Positions 35,211 to 46,700 of a DNA stretch of 64,000 nt are shown here, piece by piece. The stretch lies in IMG/VR virus record IMGVR_UViG_3300030376_004503, positions 7,895 to 71,894 of that record. One strand, 5' to 3'. Within the stretch, counting starts at the first letter, position 1. Each line of letters begins with the position of its first letter. This DNA is from a virus. Taxonomy: Duplodnaviria > Caudoviricetes. The notes beneath the pieces are model-generated. The model saw only the letters and a list, made by a program, of their open reading frames with translations, made no database searches and was not told where the DNA came from. The position numbers and the translations under genes were made by a program.

Positions 35211-38121
35211 CCTTTATACCTCCTAAAGGAATAACATCACTCATTAACGTACCATCTTTATCTAACAAACAAATCTCTTCAACTAACATAGTAAAACTGA
35301 AATTCATAGGGGCACGAGGTCCATTAACTGAATGTGATTGAGTAACCTGAGTTGGATAACCGAAAAACCTTACATAAGTTCCGTCTTTCTGTGTTTCATC
35401 CCACATTATTCTTGTGCCCTCAGATTGCATTCTACGTAATAATCTTAATGTACCATAAGATGTATAGTCATCGTTAAATTTAAATTGACTTTCATCTCCT
35501 AAAGCTGTACCGCCAAAACTTATAGTTTGAATAGGAGTACCAGTTCTAACAATAAAAACCTTACCATTCTTTGATATAGCTTGATAATAAGTTGAAGCAT
35601 AAGAGATTCCTACGTCACTAGTAATTTCAAAATAACTTAAATCATAAGCTGTGTTATCTTTTTGTACTATAATTTGTGAATCAGATTGAGCAATAGGAAA
35701 CATATTCCAAGGTTGCCATCCGGGTTGAGTAGTACCAGAAATGAAATGGTTACTAGCTCCAGAAACTACAATCTTTAACGGGTAACCTCTAAAATTATTT
35801 TTAACTTCAGTTGTCATCTTTTGTCCTGCACCAGTTCCAGAGGCAAACATCCAATTGTAATGATAAGGGATTGTAGGTGTACCTGTAACATTAGGAACAT
35901 TACCGTTGTCAGATACTTTACTTGCAGCATCAAACACTTCATATATGTTTATACGTCTTAAATAACCAGTCAATGCATCACCAACCGAAGAAGCAATTGA
36001 AAGACCTGTACCTTTGGATAAATATAATTTATTATTTGCAACATTTCCTGAAACTACCCAGAAAACCTTTCCTGCGTCAGGCATTGGTGCAGTAGTGATT
36101 TGATATATATATTTGTAACCAGTCAATTGTTCATTAGTATATCCACTTAGATTTGTAGCACCTGTAAGTATCCATTCAGAAAACGGTCTACCAGCAGGGG
36201 AAACTGCTGTGCCACCATAGTCGGCATTAACAGCTATACTCCAGTCACTAGTTGTTGCTTTAACGTCAGTAGTATTACCAAAGAATCCACCCGTTAATCC
36301 TGAAACGTGAGTTACATTATACCAATCATCAGGTATATCAAACTCGATGTATCCAGACCTACTCATTGTATTAGATTTAGTTTCATATTTACTATCAGTA
36401 CTGTTTCTATACTCCTTTTCTATCTTAGTAGTATCTTCAAACTTAAGAGGTACCCACTCAGCTTTTTGTGTAGTTTTATTACCAGCTATTTCATTAGTTA
36501 CACGTAGATAATATACTCCTGCAATACTACTACCACTATTATAAGCTAAATTAGATTGCATCTCAGGGGAATACATTGTGTTGTTTATAAATACTTTACC
36601 AAACTTATTTTCATTTGTCATCATAAAGTATTCTGAAGCTACACGAGCAGTAGCTGCATCTTGTTCATAGAAAGGTCCAACGTTCCACGTATTAGTGTTT
36701 ATAGCATTTCCACTACCGTTCAACCAAGAACCAGAGGTGTGAATACTAGTTTCGTTAGCTGCTAAACTTGCACCGGGATTAGTAATGTAATACCCATCTG
36801 AACCACTTGGTGTTGAAGTTGGGTGTATTCTGTAAAGTGTCTTAAATGTATCTAATTCACTATATTTAGTACTGTCAGATACAGCTTCTACTCTAGCAAA
36901 ACTATATTGATTATAAAGTTGATTGAATTCGTTGATAGGGAATTGGTCTCTTAACATAGCGTAACTATCAGCACCAGTACCATAAGCCCAAGGATTATCA
37001 TTCTTAAAACCTGTAACACTCTTACCAGTAATACTGCCAAGGCCCATCAATCCATTAGGTTGTGTATAGTAAGTGTATCCTCTTTTTACTATAGCATCAG
37101 TAGTCTTAGTATTGTCATTTAATTGTGTACTACTAGATGCTTGCCATTGAAAATTAGGTTCAAACCAAACTTTACCACTATCATATTTATAATAAGAGAT
37201 AGACTTGTTAGAAGCCTTAGCTCTACTCTGTGAAAAATCTAAAGTAACATTTCTTTTAACATCATCTGTAATTTTAACAGGGTCTCCATTTGTAATGTAT
37301 GTGATTGGGTACCAGTCTCCATCATCAGACTGAGCTATCAAAAATATTTTTAACTTATTATAATTATTAATAACAGACTTAGTAGTAACACCTACGTATT
37401 TAGGATTGACCCATCGAACTTCTAATATTTTAGAAAACATTCCTCCTGCTAAAGTAAATAACGTACTTGCAGGTGAAGCAGAATCACTTGTACCGGGAAC
37501 GTCAATATCAAAACTTTTAGTTACTATAGTTTTTTCTACACCATACTCTGTGTCATTATAACTTGCTGGAGAACCACCCGGTAACTTATCGTTGTATATA
37601 ACAGCACTCATTACACCCGTTATCTCTATTGAAACAGTTTGCATAGCAGCTTTTTCTGCATCAGATAATAATGGAGGTATCATAATGTAAATATCTTTAG
37701 GACCTTCTTCAAATATATTATTATCAATCCCACTCAATACTTCTTTATTTTCAATACGCATAACTGAGGTAGGTTTACCATCAGAAATAGTTATAGGATT
37801 AATACCTGTAACAGATTCTTGTGGTTTAGGTAAATTAGTAACTGAACCGCCACTATAAAGGTATTTTGAAATAAATCCTTCACTATTAATAGTTCTTATA
37901 ACCGGTCCAAATGTGCCAGCTTTAGTATAAGTATGGTCTAAAGTAATAGAATTAGCATCTGTTTCTAACCTTTCCCATTGATTAATAGCGTACTCTAAAG
38001 AATTATCTTCCCCGTCACCCCAATCAACATACACCCATTGTACATCATCGTCATTAAATGTAATATTACCCGACACTTGAGTATACACTTCGGCGGAAGC
38101 AGGTGTCCACGTCAAACCCAT
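35191..38121 (-). CDS. Tail tip protein with N-terminal PKD domain
   Basis: YVDWGDG...LDHTYTKAGTF PKD signature; likely start MGLTW at 38121 (TAATG overlap). Confidence 0.65.
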   Translation of the reverse strand: MGLTWTPASAEVYTQVSGNITFNDDDVQWVYVDWGDGEDNSLEYAINQWERLETDANSITLDHTYTKAGTFGPVIRTINSEGFISKYLYSGGSVTNLPKPQESVTGINPITISDGKPTSVMRIENKEVLSGIDNNIFEEGPKDIYIMIPPLLSDAEKAAMQTVSIEITGVMSAVIYNDKLPGGSPASYNDTEYGVEKTIVTKSFDIDVPGTSDSASPASTLFTLAGGMFSKILEVRWVNPKYVGVTTKSVINNYNKLKIFLIAQSDDGDWYPITYITNGDPVKITDDVKRNVTLDFSQSRAKASNKSISYYKYDSGKVWFEPNFQWQASSSTQLNDNTKTTDAIVKRGYTYYTQPNGLMGLGSITGKSVTGFKNDNPWAYGTGADSYAMLRDQFPINEFNQLYNQYSFARVEAVSDSTKYSELDTFKTLYRIHPTSTPSGSDGYYITNPGASLAANETSIHTSGSWLNGSGNAINTNTWNVGPFYEQDAATARVASEYFMMTNENKFGKVFINNTMYSPEMQSNLAYNSGSSIAGVYYLRVTNEIAGNKTTQKAEWVPLKFEDTTKIEKEYRNSTDSKYETKSNTMSRSGYIEFDIPDDWYNVTHVSGLTGGFFGNTTDVKATTSDWSIAVNADYGGTAVSPAGRPFSEWILTGATNLSGYTNEQLTGYKYIYQITTAPMPDAGKVFWVVSGNVANNKLYLSKGTGLSIASSVGDALTGYLRRINIYEVFDAASKVSDNGNVPNVTGTPTIPYHYNWMFASGTGAGQKMTTEVKNNFRGYPLKIVVSGASNHFISGTTQPGWQPWNMFPIAQSDSQIIVQKDNTAYDLSYFEITSDVGISYASTYYQAISKNGKVFIVRTGTPIQTISFGGTALGDESQFKFNDDYTSYGTLRLLRRMQSEGTRIMWDETQKDGTYVRFFGYPTQVTQSHSVNGPRAPMNFSFTMLVEEICLLDKDGTLMSDVIPLGGIKDAATFK

Positions 38122-41100
38122 TAAGTCACCCCTGTTATTTTCCAAGCAGTAGTGTTACTTCTACATACCTGAGTAGGACTTGCTCCCCTAATGTTATGAT
38201 AATCATATAAAAATAATCTAGCTTGATATTTCAAGGATTCACCACTGCTTAAATCAGCTAATTGTGCAGTTTTCAATAAGAATCTATTAGCGTTAGTAGG
38301 AACATACGCACATTTATCGTGGAATGTAATTTCATCTATAGTTCCATTAAAGAATACACTTCCTCCACCAAATAATCTACCACCAATACCTATCGTATTG
38401 TGAGCTGTAGCGCCACTAAATGTAGTACTATAATCTTTAGTATCCTCTAACTTACCATTTGCATATATTTTAATATTATTAGCAGGTAAATTTTTATTAT
38501 AAGTAATTGTAATTGCAATAGGTTGTTTACCATCGCCATCAAATTTTGTGGTAGTAGTCATATATTGGTCATTCACAAAAACACCAATGAGTCCCGTATC
38601 ATACAGAGCTACATTAAATAAGAAACCACTAGCACCATTTGCGTCAGTAGTAGAAGAACTAACACAGAAAATATTACCATTATGTCTACTATTAGGTTTA
38701 ACTTGACAAGTAAATGTGAATTCATCACCACTACCCACTGTTACACCTGTACTACTAGAAACGAAAGTACTACTTCCATTACCACCAAAAGCATATCCAC
38801 AAGCTCCGTCAATAGTAGGAACGTTAGTTCCGGTCATTGCTACAGCTGTACCTCCTAAATAATTTTGAGCACTTGTGTAATAACTAACTGTAGCTGAATT
38901 CTCATTTAGTGGTGCAATAAAATTAGCACTATGATATTTATTTTGAATACTTCCAGTATCTACCCACAATATTCTATGATTTATATCATCTCCCATTTCT
39001 CTCCAATTTAATTGTATATCAGTAGCATTTGCCTTTGTCATCTCTGCTATTTCTACAGGGTTTATTACACCTTCAACTTTTATATTAGATGTAGCTTCTA
39101 AATCTGTTACTTCAGGTAAAGGGTCTTTTACACCATACACAATTAAAGGCTTATTTGTTGTGGCATCTTTTGTGTTAATATTACAAGCATATAATCCATT
39201 AAACATATTCATATAAGTAGGCTTAACAAGAAAATTAAAAGGTCTATTCATCTGAGGTTTAACTGTGTAAGCGTAACTACCTATGTCAATATAATTTTGA
39301 CCTGCTACTACAAAATCTCTACCAACTCTACCTAATCCACCGTCACTACTTGGAACTTCATCTGAATTGTTAGTAGAATTAACCATACCATATCCAAAAT
39401 CAGTTGATAAATTAATAACACTCTTTTCAACATCATTAAAACTTAAATTCCATTCATTAGTATAAAGACCATCGTTAAATAAAAATTCATTATATGTTGT
39501 ACCTACTACAGTACCGCCACTTACAGGCACTATCCCATCATATGTACGAGTAGCCAAAGCTTGTGTTCCACTGTGACTTACATCTCCAAAAGAATCTCCC
39601 CACTTTACACCAGCAGAAGAAGTAACGTTTAATATTGCCCAATTCATCCAATATTTATATGGACTTATCATAACTTTAGTTAATCCATAATTTGTTTGAC
39701 CATATTTTTGAACGTCAACAGTTCCAAACTCTTTAAGTCGCACAGAGTTAAACTGCGGTTGAAAAGCATTAGCTGGACTTCTTGCATCATCAAGATGTAT
39801 ACTTCTAGATAAATATATAGTGTTTCCCTTTCTCTTGCGTGTTTGAACCAAAGGTACATTTCTACCTACCTTTGTAGCAGGACCTACATCATAATACCCT
39901 AGAGAACCTGAACCATCTCTTAAGTATGCATATGGTACATTGTTCATCTCTACGGCGAGAGGGGTATTTAAAGGAATATCAAAGAGCTGGGGGTTATCTA
40001 CGATTATAGACGTGCCTTCAGGGTTAGTACTGATAACTTTTGCAGCACATAATGGGTTACCTGTCTTAACCCAGTCAGTAAAAGCTGATTTTATATTTAC
40101 TAGTCCCTTTTGTACAAAACCATCTACACTAGCAGTGCCACCAGTAATATGTATTTCTTTAGTACTATCTCCTACTGTTAAATTATTGAACCAACCATTT
40201 TGGAAATTTTCACCAAACAATCCTTTGTAATTAGCAGCTGTAAAAAATCCACCTGATACGTGACTGATAGGTTGTACAGTTTCTTCACGTCCTGTACTAA
40301 AACTATTAAATAAGAAGCCATTCGACCCTGATGTGTTATTAGATATCTGACCTGAAGCCTCAAATCCAAAAGACATATAACTAGCTGTTATAGCAGACTC
40401 TTGTCCATAATAATTATCAGGTTCATTAACAAGTACGGTTCCTGTTGCGGATACTGAAATTCTACCTGTGTAACCCGGTGCAGTATTATTACCTGCATAG
40501 AATGTAGGTGTTACCATAGGTGGAGAAGGTATCTTAGTTAACCTACCCATACCATTTTCTGTACATATTGTAGCGTTAGTTGTAGTAGGACCCCATTGAT
40601 TAAAAGATATTTTATCTATAAGAACATCTACTGTTTTATCATCATTAGTAATTTCATCTACACTAGTGTAAGAATTGTTAATATGATTACCACTTACAGC
40701 ATTCGGTACAACATTAATAGACCTCATATTATTAACCCATAAAGTCATATTAGGAAAGTGAGCGTTATTACCTGATATAGAATATCCACCAAAAGTTGCT
40801 CCTGAAGCAGTATCACCCCACATATTCTCTCCCCAAGAACCTGCGTGAGCTAAAGGAGCATATGCGTATTGACCATTCTCATCCATTATGTCAGGGAAAT
40901 AAACTATACTACCACCTCCACTCGCATTTGGCACCACACCACCAGTATTACCTGAATTAGTATACATATTTAATTTAATACGCATTCTAACCCACTCACC
41001 AATAGGAACTTTTACCTTATAATCATCTGCATTAACGAAACCTAAAGTACTTCCAGCCCCACCCCCAGCCGTAGTGTTTCTTTTAAAATACCAATTTTGA

Positions 41101-42740
41101 TAAGTATTATAAATACTTGAATTAGTATAACAATTAACATATCCGTCATCAGATTCTTCATTAACAAAAATAATAGCAGGAGCTTGTCTACTATTAACTA
41201 TACCGAGAGTTCCTAAATCTCTCCAATATGTAGAAGCAGTACCTAATTGTAATCCACCACCGTTTGTGTCATCTGAACCTGCTGGAGCATTGTCATTAAA
41301 CCATATACTAAAACTTCTATCTAATGTTTTAGAACCACTTCCTACTTCATAACCGTCTCCACCAGAACCATATTGATAAGCCCTTTCTGTAGTAAGGTCC
41401 ATTGCGTTAATTTTCAGCAATATTTCTATCTCAGGGGCGTAAGCTGGTCTGCCTGTACCAGAAGCAGTAACGTCTATAGGTGTAGGTTGAGGTATTCCAT
41501 AAATAGTCATAGAAGTAGTTTGTTGTAAAGGTCCTTTATTTAAGAGACCACCACCGGTTTGATAACCAAACGGATTAGCTGTAACCACTGGTTCTGTACC
41601 GTCTACACTACCACTATAATTTTCCCAAAAAGACTTTAATCGTAAAGCTCTACCATTAGTAGGAGCATCAGAACTAACTAAATTAGCGTAACTAAAAGCT
41701 ATAAATTTTGAACTATCACCCGGACCTTCTAAGGTTTGGTCTTTAATATCTCTTATATCAGGTGAAAATAATATGTTTGAAAAAATAGAATTAAATTGAG
41801 TACACCTTTCTTGAAAATCTTCATCAAATTGATTGAATGTACTATCTGCCATATCAACGCGTGGCATATTAGCCCACCATTTAGCGCCCCTACTTATCCA
41901 CCAATCAGCATTGTTAGCTAAAGGGTCTATACGTTTAGCAAATATACCAGTCTCTTGATTATGCACTGGAGTGCCTGAAGCTGCTGTAGATTCGGCTACT
42001 GAAACCCTATAAAGACCATCAGTTCCTTTAGTAATGAAAAACTCATCATCTGCGGCTCCGCCTTCAAAAAACTTTGGACCAAAATAATCTATCAGATTAG
42101 CACTTATAGCACCCGCAGTAAATTTAGTCCAGTCCCAAGCTTGACCTAACTCTTCAGATACATTAGACCACACTTCACCCCAAGCCCAACTATGTTCCTC
42201 TTTAGGTTCCTCTCTTTCTTCATACATAGCTTTCATTAATTTTCTTCTTGATATTACTAACAACGGAGCTTTACCCATCCCTATCATTTGTTTTGGAGTT
42301 GAAGGCATATCCATAAAATCTTTATTACTACCGTCAAAATCCTCTACCATCCAAGGGGTGTTTGCATTTAAACTATTATACAATAAAATAGGAGCATCGT
42401 AAGCTCCACTTGTAATCACTAGATTACCTTCTGTAATGTCTAAATTCTCTCTCATATTAAAGACATCTAAGTAATTAGGTGTTTGTGAATTCTTTTGTGT
42501 TAAACTATTCACATATAAAGAAAGAAACATTTCTGTTATTTGCCCTTCTCCATAAACAAAATCATCAGGAGATACAGTATTACTTTCTACTAAATAGAAT
42601 GAAGTATCAGGGTTACTCTTAATATCATAAGTTGGTGATAAACCAATATAAGCATCAGCATAACAAGGAATGACACCTATGTCGTCTGTAAATTGTTTCT
42701 TGACATAAAAAGTATTCGGTTTAGGTGTTATAGTGTTCAT
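38121..42740 (-). CDS. Large tail/receptor-binding protein with C-terminal LamG-like domain
   Basis: 1539 aa; C-terminal FTFTCQVKP...IYANGK...IGIGG...FNGTIDEI. Confidence 0.7.
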   Translation of the reverse strand: MNTITPKPNTFYVKKQFTDDIGVIPCYADAYIGLSPTYDIKSNPDTSFYLVESNTVSPDDFVYGEGQITEMFLSLYVNSLTQKNSQTPNYLDVFNMRENLDITEGNLVITSGAYDAPILLYNSLNANTPWMVEDFDGSNKDFMDMPSTPKQMIGMGKAPLLVISRRKLMKAMYEEREEPKEEHSWAWGEVWSNVSEELGQAWDWTKFTAGAISANLIDYFGPKFFEGGAADDEFFITKGTDGLYRVSVAESTAASGTPVHNQETGIFAKRIDPLANNADWWISRGAKWWANMPRVDMADSTFNQFDEDFQERCTQFNSIFSNILFSPDIRDIKDQTLEGPGDSSKFIAFSYANLVSSDAPTNGRALRLKSFWENYSGSVDGTEPVVTANPFGYQTGGGLLNKGPLQQTTSMTIYGIPQPTPIDVTASGTGRPAYAPEIEILLKINAMDLTTERAYQYGSGGDGYEVGSGSKTLDRSFSIWFNDNAPAGSDDTNGGGLQLGTASTYWRDLGTLGIVNSRQAPAIIFVNEESDDGYVNCYTNSSIYNTYQNWYFKRNTTAGGGAGSTLGFVNADDYKVKVPIGEWVRMRIKLNMYTNSGNTGGVVPNASGGGSIVYFPDIMDENGQYAYAPLAHAGSWGENMWGDTASGATFGGYSISGNNAHFPNMTLWVNNMRSINVVPNAVSGNHINNSYTSVDEITNDDKTVDVLIDKISFNQWGPTTTNATICTENGMGRLTKIPSPPMVTPTFYAGNNTAPGYTGRISVSATGTVLVNEPDNYYGQESAITASYMSFGFEASGQISNNTSGSNGFLFNSFSTGREETVQPISHVSGGFFTAANYKGLFGENFQNGWFNNLTVGDSTKEIHITGGTASVDGFVQKGLVNIKSAFTDWVKTGNPLCAAKVISTNPEGTSIIVDNPQLFDIPLNTPLAVEMNNVPYAYLRDGSGSLGYYDVGPATKVGRNVPLVQTRKRKGNTIYLSRSIHLDDARSPANAFQPQFNSVRLKEFGTVDVQKYGQTNYGLTKVMISPYKYWMNWAILNVTSSAGVKWGDSFGDVSHSGTQALATRTYDGIVPVSGGTVVGTTYNEFLFNDGLYTNEWNLSFNDVEKSVINLSTDFGYGMVNSTNNSDEVPSSDGGLGRVGRDFVVAGQNYIDIGSYAYTVKPQMNRPFNFLVKPTYMNMFNGLYACNINTKDATTNKPLIVYGVKDPLPEVTDLEATSNIKVEGVINPVEIAEMTKANATDIQLNWREMGDDINHRILWVDTGSIQNKYHSANFIAPLNENSATVSYYTSAQNYLGGTAVAMTGTNVPTIDGACGYAFGGNGSSTFVSSSTGVTVGSGDEFTFTCQVKPNSRHNGNIFCVSSSTTDANGASGFLFNVALYDTGLIGVFVNDQYMTTTTKFDGDGKQPIAITITYNKNLPANNIKIYANGKLEDTKDYSTTFSGATAHNTIGIGGRLFGGGSVFFNGTIDEITFHDKCAYVPTNANRFLLKTAQLADLSSGESLKYQARLFLYDYHNIRGASPTQVCRSNTTAWKITGVT

Positions 42741-42743
42741 TCA

Positions 42744-45353
42744 TTATCCTCCCAATTCATCCGCTGAGTAGAAAAGGTCTTTAAAGTTATTACTTTCAAT
42801 GTAGGCGTTGTCGATATATAAATCTTGTCCTCCACCAGTTGTTACACTACTTGTGTTCATTTGGGCGGCCATAGCGTTAGAAGCGAAGTTTTGTGAAGTT
42901 GGTATACCAAATACTGCACCGTAACCACCATACATAGCACCTGCTCCGCGCAGCATTCTTGTATAACCATCTGCTCTTGCATAATCATCTGCAAAATTTA
43001 TTAAATCTTTTCTCATAGTGTAACCCGCTTGGGTTGGATAAAAAGTTCTATATTTATCAGGTCCCATTGTCAGTGAACCAACGTCACCTAACTTTGTTTG
43101 TTGAGCACTACGACCATATTGGTATAATTGCCCACCACCGAGTTCATCTGCCCTACCGAGTGCAACACTTGAACTTCTTTTACTAGACATTGTTGGTCGA
43201 ACTACTGATTTGAATTTCCCAAAGTCAGGGTGTGCTAAATCACTATATCCTTTTCGAGTCATAAAGTCATCCATCTTTCCTGCATATCCTTTACCTTTGA
43301 AAACACCTCTTGCACCAGTCAGTCCAGCAGTTCTACCACCAGCAGCAGCAGCTCCTCTAGTTGCTAACATAGCACCTCCTCCTGTGTATAATGCACCACC
43401 AATCATCAAAATCGTACCAACCACATCTCCAATCCCTTCTGCCATATTTAAAACGTAAGCTACAGCGTCACCTAATACCATAGCTGCAGCAGCAGTAGAA
43501 CCAAAAACCATACTTAATCCGTAAAATTTGAATATAAGACCATTAGCATCAAGACCAGTTCCTAATATATTACCTGTTAGAGCTAAGACATTAGATATTA
43601 AGTTAAGTGGTATAAACAATGTTCTAGCCATATCTGCTAAACTAAAACCTTGTTGAGTCATAGAAACTAACTGTTCTATTAAAGTAGTCATCAAATCTGA
43701 AAACCCTTGTAAACTAGTTATTACAAGTTCTCTTAAATCGTAAGATAATTGAGTTAATTGTTTACTACCATCAGGCATTTCTACTAAAAACAACTGTGTA
43801 AAATCATCAACTAAATTTTTCAATTCATAATCAAACTCGTTCATATATCCGTTAGCTACAAACTGTGCTTCAGATAAAAAGAATACTTCTTTAGTAGCGT
43901 TAATCATTTTCTGTGTCATCATAGCTAAAGAATTTTGCTGTACGTCAGCCATCTTTGCTGCTGCACCTTGCGAATTAGATAATTCCGAAACTGCTTGTTC
44001 AAACTCATCTACGTTTTGAACTAAGTGAATGAACGCGGTAGCACCACGAATGTTTAAATCTTCAATCAATGTGGTCAATAACTCTGTATCGTTAGCTATT
44101 TCAGTACCTATTGCATTAGAAAAATTTCGGGCGATTTCTGTCAATTGCAAGAAATTACCTTGTGCATCTGTAACTTCTACACCCATTTCTGCAAACTTAC
44201 GGGTAGAATCTTCCGCACCCTCAGCAAATTCCGCAAGTGCCTGTCTTAAACCACGACCTGCAATACCAGCTTCCAGTGCACGGTCAGACAATACTTGAAT
44301 AGAACCAAGTAATTGGTCTAAGTCCTGATTAGTAGCAGCGTAGAAAGGTAAAGCGAATTTGATAGCACTAGCTAAATCTTGATATTCAATTAAAGATGCG
44401 TTAATAGAGTGAGCAAACTTATCTGTTACTTCACCAGCATCAGACATCTCAAGACCAAAACCTTTGATTGTCTGAACAGTTAACTTACCTATAGTGTTTG
44501 CGTCTCCCTGCACAGCCATAGATAGTATCAATACATCATTAAGTACAGCTTGAGCTTCAGCTGCTTCTAAACCTGCGGAAGCAAACTGGTATAATACACG
44601 AGATGCATTATCATATGCAATACCGTAGTTTTCTCCGAACTTTATAACACGGTCAGAAATTTCATATAATACTTCATTTTGTTCTTGCCAAATCGAATTT
44701 GCATTAATCAATTCTCTTTCAAAAACAGCGTAGTCTTGAGACAGACCTCTTATTGTATAACCTAAAGTAGTTAACAGAGTTATACTAGTCATCAATGCAC
44801 TTCTAAAAGTACCAATTAAAGTAGCTGCCATACCTTGTAATTCTTGAGCAGCTTTAGCTGAATTTCTTGCAGCAGCTTCTTGAGCTATCGCTAATTTTTT
44901 TACTTGTACTTCTAATAACTTTATATCCTCTGTATAAGCTTTAGCAAATGACGCTCTACTACCTTTAAATGTACCAAGTTTAGGCATAGTTTGACTAACT
45001 TGTTGTAAGTTTTTCATTGCACCGCCAGCATATCCAGTATAACTCTTAAACCTCCCACTTGCGTTCCTAGTAAAAGATTGAATCTCAGTTAAATTTTTCT
45101 TTAAGTTGCCTAAAGTATCTTTACCAGTCTTATTACCATAATCCTTAACCAACTGTCTACTATTGTTTAATGTCTTTTGTAAACTTCTAACATTATTTAC
45201 AGAGGCATTATTAAAATAAGATTTTTGTTTTCCTTGTATTTTATCAACCAACATACCAAAAGAACTGGCAGCTTTGTTATACTCCGATTTAGGGGGAAGC
45301 AATAAACGCATCCCAACGTTAGCCATAAACAGCGTTCCGAGATATCCTGCCAT
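42744..45353 (-). CDS. Tail tape measure protein (TP901-like core)
   Basis: Ala-rich helical protein; FERELINAN...VTDKFAHSINAS...DLASAIKFA...AGRGLRQAL; lies downstream of the chaperone pair. Confidence 0.9.
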   Translation of the reverse strand: MAGYLGTLFMANVGMRLLLPPKSEYNKAASSFGMLVDKIQGKQKSYFNNASVNNVRSLQKTLNNSRQLVKDYGNKTGKDTLGNLKKNLTEIQSFTRNASGRFKSYTGYAGGAMKNLQQVSQTMPKLGTFKGSRASFAKAYTEDIKLLEVQVKKLAIAQEAAARNSAKAAQELQGMAATLIGTFRSALMTSITLLTTLGYTIRGLSQDYAVFERELINANSIWQEQNEVLYEISDRVIKFGENYGIAYDNASRVLYQFASAGLEAAEAQAVLNDVLILSMAVQGDANTIGKLTVQTIKGFGLEMSDAGEVTDKFAHSINASLIEYQDLASAIKFALPFYAATNQDLDQLLGSIQVLSDRALEAGIAGRGLRQALAEFAEGAEDSTRKFAEMGVEVTDAQGNFLQLTEIARNFSNAIGTEIANDTELLTTLIEDLNIRGATAFIHLVQNVDEFEQAVSELSNSQGAAAKMADVQQNSLAMMTQKMINATKEVFFLSEAQFVANGYMNEFDYELKNLVDDFTQLFLVEMPDGSKQLTQLSYDLRELVITSLQGFSDLMTTLIEQLVSMTQQGFSLADMARTLFIPLNLISNVLALTGNILGTGLDANGLIFKFYGLSMVFGSTAAAAMVLGDAVAYVLNMAEGIGDVVGTILMIGGALYTGGGAMLATRGAAAAGGRTAGLTGARGVFKGKGYAGKMDDFMTRKGYSDLAHPDFGKFKSVVRPTMSSKRSSSVALGRADELGGGQLYQYGRSAQQTKLGDVGSLTMGPDKYRTFYPTQAGYTMRKDLINFADDYARADGYTRMLRGAGAMYGGYGAVFGIPTSQNFASNAMAAQMNTSSVTTGGGQDLYIDNAYIESNNFKDLFYSADELGG

Positions 45354-45360
45354 ATTAGTC

Positions 45361-45660
45361 CTATAGTTTTAAAGCTTCTCTAAAACTTTTTGGTTTTGTT
45401 GTTGCCATTCCCCTATAATACTTCCGTTTTTGAGTCAAGTATTGAGCATATTGAGAACGAACGCGTGGTTTTTGTTTGGCCATTTTGTTTATATCATCTT
45501 CATCATACCCGTCTAGACTGTGCAATTGTTGATATTCTGCTAGTGCACACAGCAGACCTTCGAGTTCAACACGGGGCGTATTTTTTATTTCGTTCCACGA
45601 CAGACCTAGTTCTTTCATCAGGGGGATGTAGAGAAGTACCGGTTCTGGTGACTCCCTCAT
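45361..45660 (-). CDS. Tail assembly chaperone, frameshift extension (lambda gpT-like)
   Basis: Lies in the -1 frame of the upstream chaperone, directly before the tape measure gene. Confidence 0.75.
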   Translation of the reverse strand: MRESPEPVLLYIPLMKELGLSWNEIKNTPRVELEGLLCALAEYQQLHSLDGYDEDDINKMAKQKPRVRSQYAQYLTQKRKYYRGMATTKPKSFREALKL

Positions 45661-45675
45661 CCACTGGTAAAATTT
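45624..45675 (-). other. Programmed -1 frameshift signal (A AAU UUU, 6-nt spacer, hairpin)
   Basis: Heptamer at 45675-45669 in the correct phase; the -1 frame opens right there after a TGA; stem GGAUG-AGGGAG/CUUCUCU-A-CAUCC at 45662-45624. Confidence 0.75.
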
Positions 45676-46019
45676 TCAGCGATGTTATCCTTGAGTTGCA
45701 ACACTTCAGCAGTTATTTGGAAACGCAATGTTGCAGGTAGAGTGTTCCATAATTCATCAGTTAAAGTTGTCCCATCAGGGTTTTTATCGTTGGCCTTTCT
45801 GACCATCGTTAATATCCTTTCTGTTCCTACCTTAGTGTAGAATTCGTTTTTCTCATCTGCACTTGCACTGTCATCAGGCATTGCGAGTTTAGGCTCTTCA
45901 GCCTCAGTTAATTCACAATATTGAAAACAGAATTTCTTTCCTCTATATTCTACTTCTCCTTGCTGCACTTCTTCAGTAAGTGCGACTAGCTCTTCGATTG
46001 TCCATACGTCTTCAGGCAT
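45657..46019 (-). CDS. Tail assembly chaperone (lambda gpG-like)
   Basis: Acidic 120-aa protein between the tail tube and tape measure genes. Confidence 0.75.
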   Translation of the reverse strand: MPEDVWTIEELVALTEEVQQGEVEYRGKKFCFQYCELTEAEEPKLAMPDDSASADEKNEFYTKVGTERILTMVRKANDKNPDGTTLTDELWNTLPATLRFQITAEVLQLKDNIAENFTSG

Positions 46020-46049
46020 TTATATCATTCCTTGATTACTTGTTATTCA

Positions 46050-46700
46050 TTAAATATTGCCAGTTGGTGTTAAAGCTATAGTAGCTCCTGACACAGAAGC
46101 TATAGGTTGTACATATGAATATAATTCAATAGTTTCTTCTGTAGCTCCATCTGGAGTCATTGTTCTTGAGTGTCCAGTGACACAACAATTAGCTATTGTT
46201 AATACTTCATCAACATTAGCTGTACTTCCACTTGCAAATCTTAAATGTATTCGGTATCCGAAACTTTGATTGTTAGATGTTGTTAACCCATCAAATAAAT
46301 ATGCATCTCCTGTGGCAGTTTGCCCACTTGTGGCATAACATCCATCTCTTGCATAATTATAAACGTAATCAAAACAGGCATTACTTACTTTACGTGTAAT
46401 AGTAATAACCATTGCTTTTTTAATTTCAGCGGTTAGGTTTGTATTTTTACCCATATAAGATATATTTTCATCCATAACACTAGGACTAAAATCGATACCT
46501 GTAACATCAGTTAACCTACTAGCGGCTGCAATTCCTGTATCTCTTTTAGGGATAACAAAGAAATCTCCAGTACTAATGTTTGCATCGGTAGCTGCTGACA
46601 CAGCTGTCATTCCAGTAGCTGCGTAATTTCCAGAAACAGCTAAGTTCTTCTGCTCTGTTGTCATAAATATTTCTACATCTTTTCCTAGCCAGTACGTCAT
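46050..46700 (-). CDS. Major tail (tube) protein, paralogue 2
   Basis: Similar to the adjacent gene: YWLGKDV..., DENISYMGKNTNLTAEIK, YGYR..., CCVTGHSRT..PDGATEETIE. Confidence 0.7.
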   Translation of the reverse strand: MTYWLGKDVEIFMTTEQKNLAVSGNYAATGMTAVSAATDANISTGDFFVIPKRDTGIAAASRLTDVTGIDFSPSVMDENISYMGKNTNLTAEIKKAMVITITRKVSNACFDYVYNYARDGCYATSGQTATGDAYLFDGLTTSNNQSFGYRIHLRFASGSTANVDEVLTIANCCVTGHSRTMTPDGATEETIELYSYVQPIASVSGATIALTPTGNI

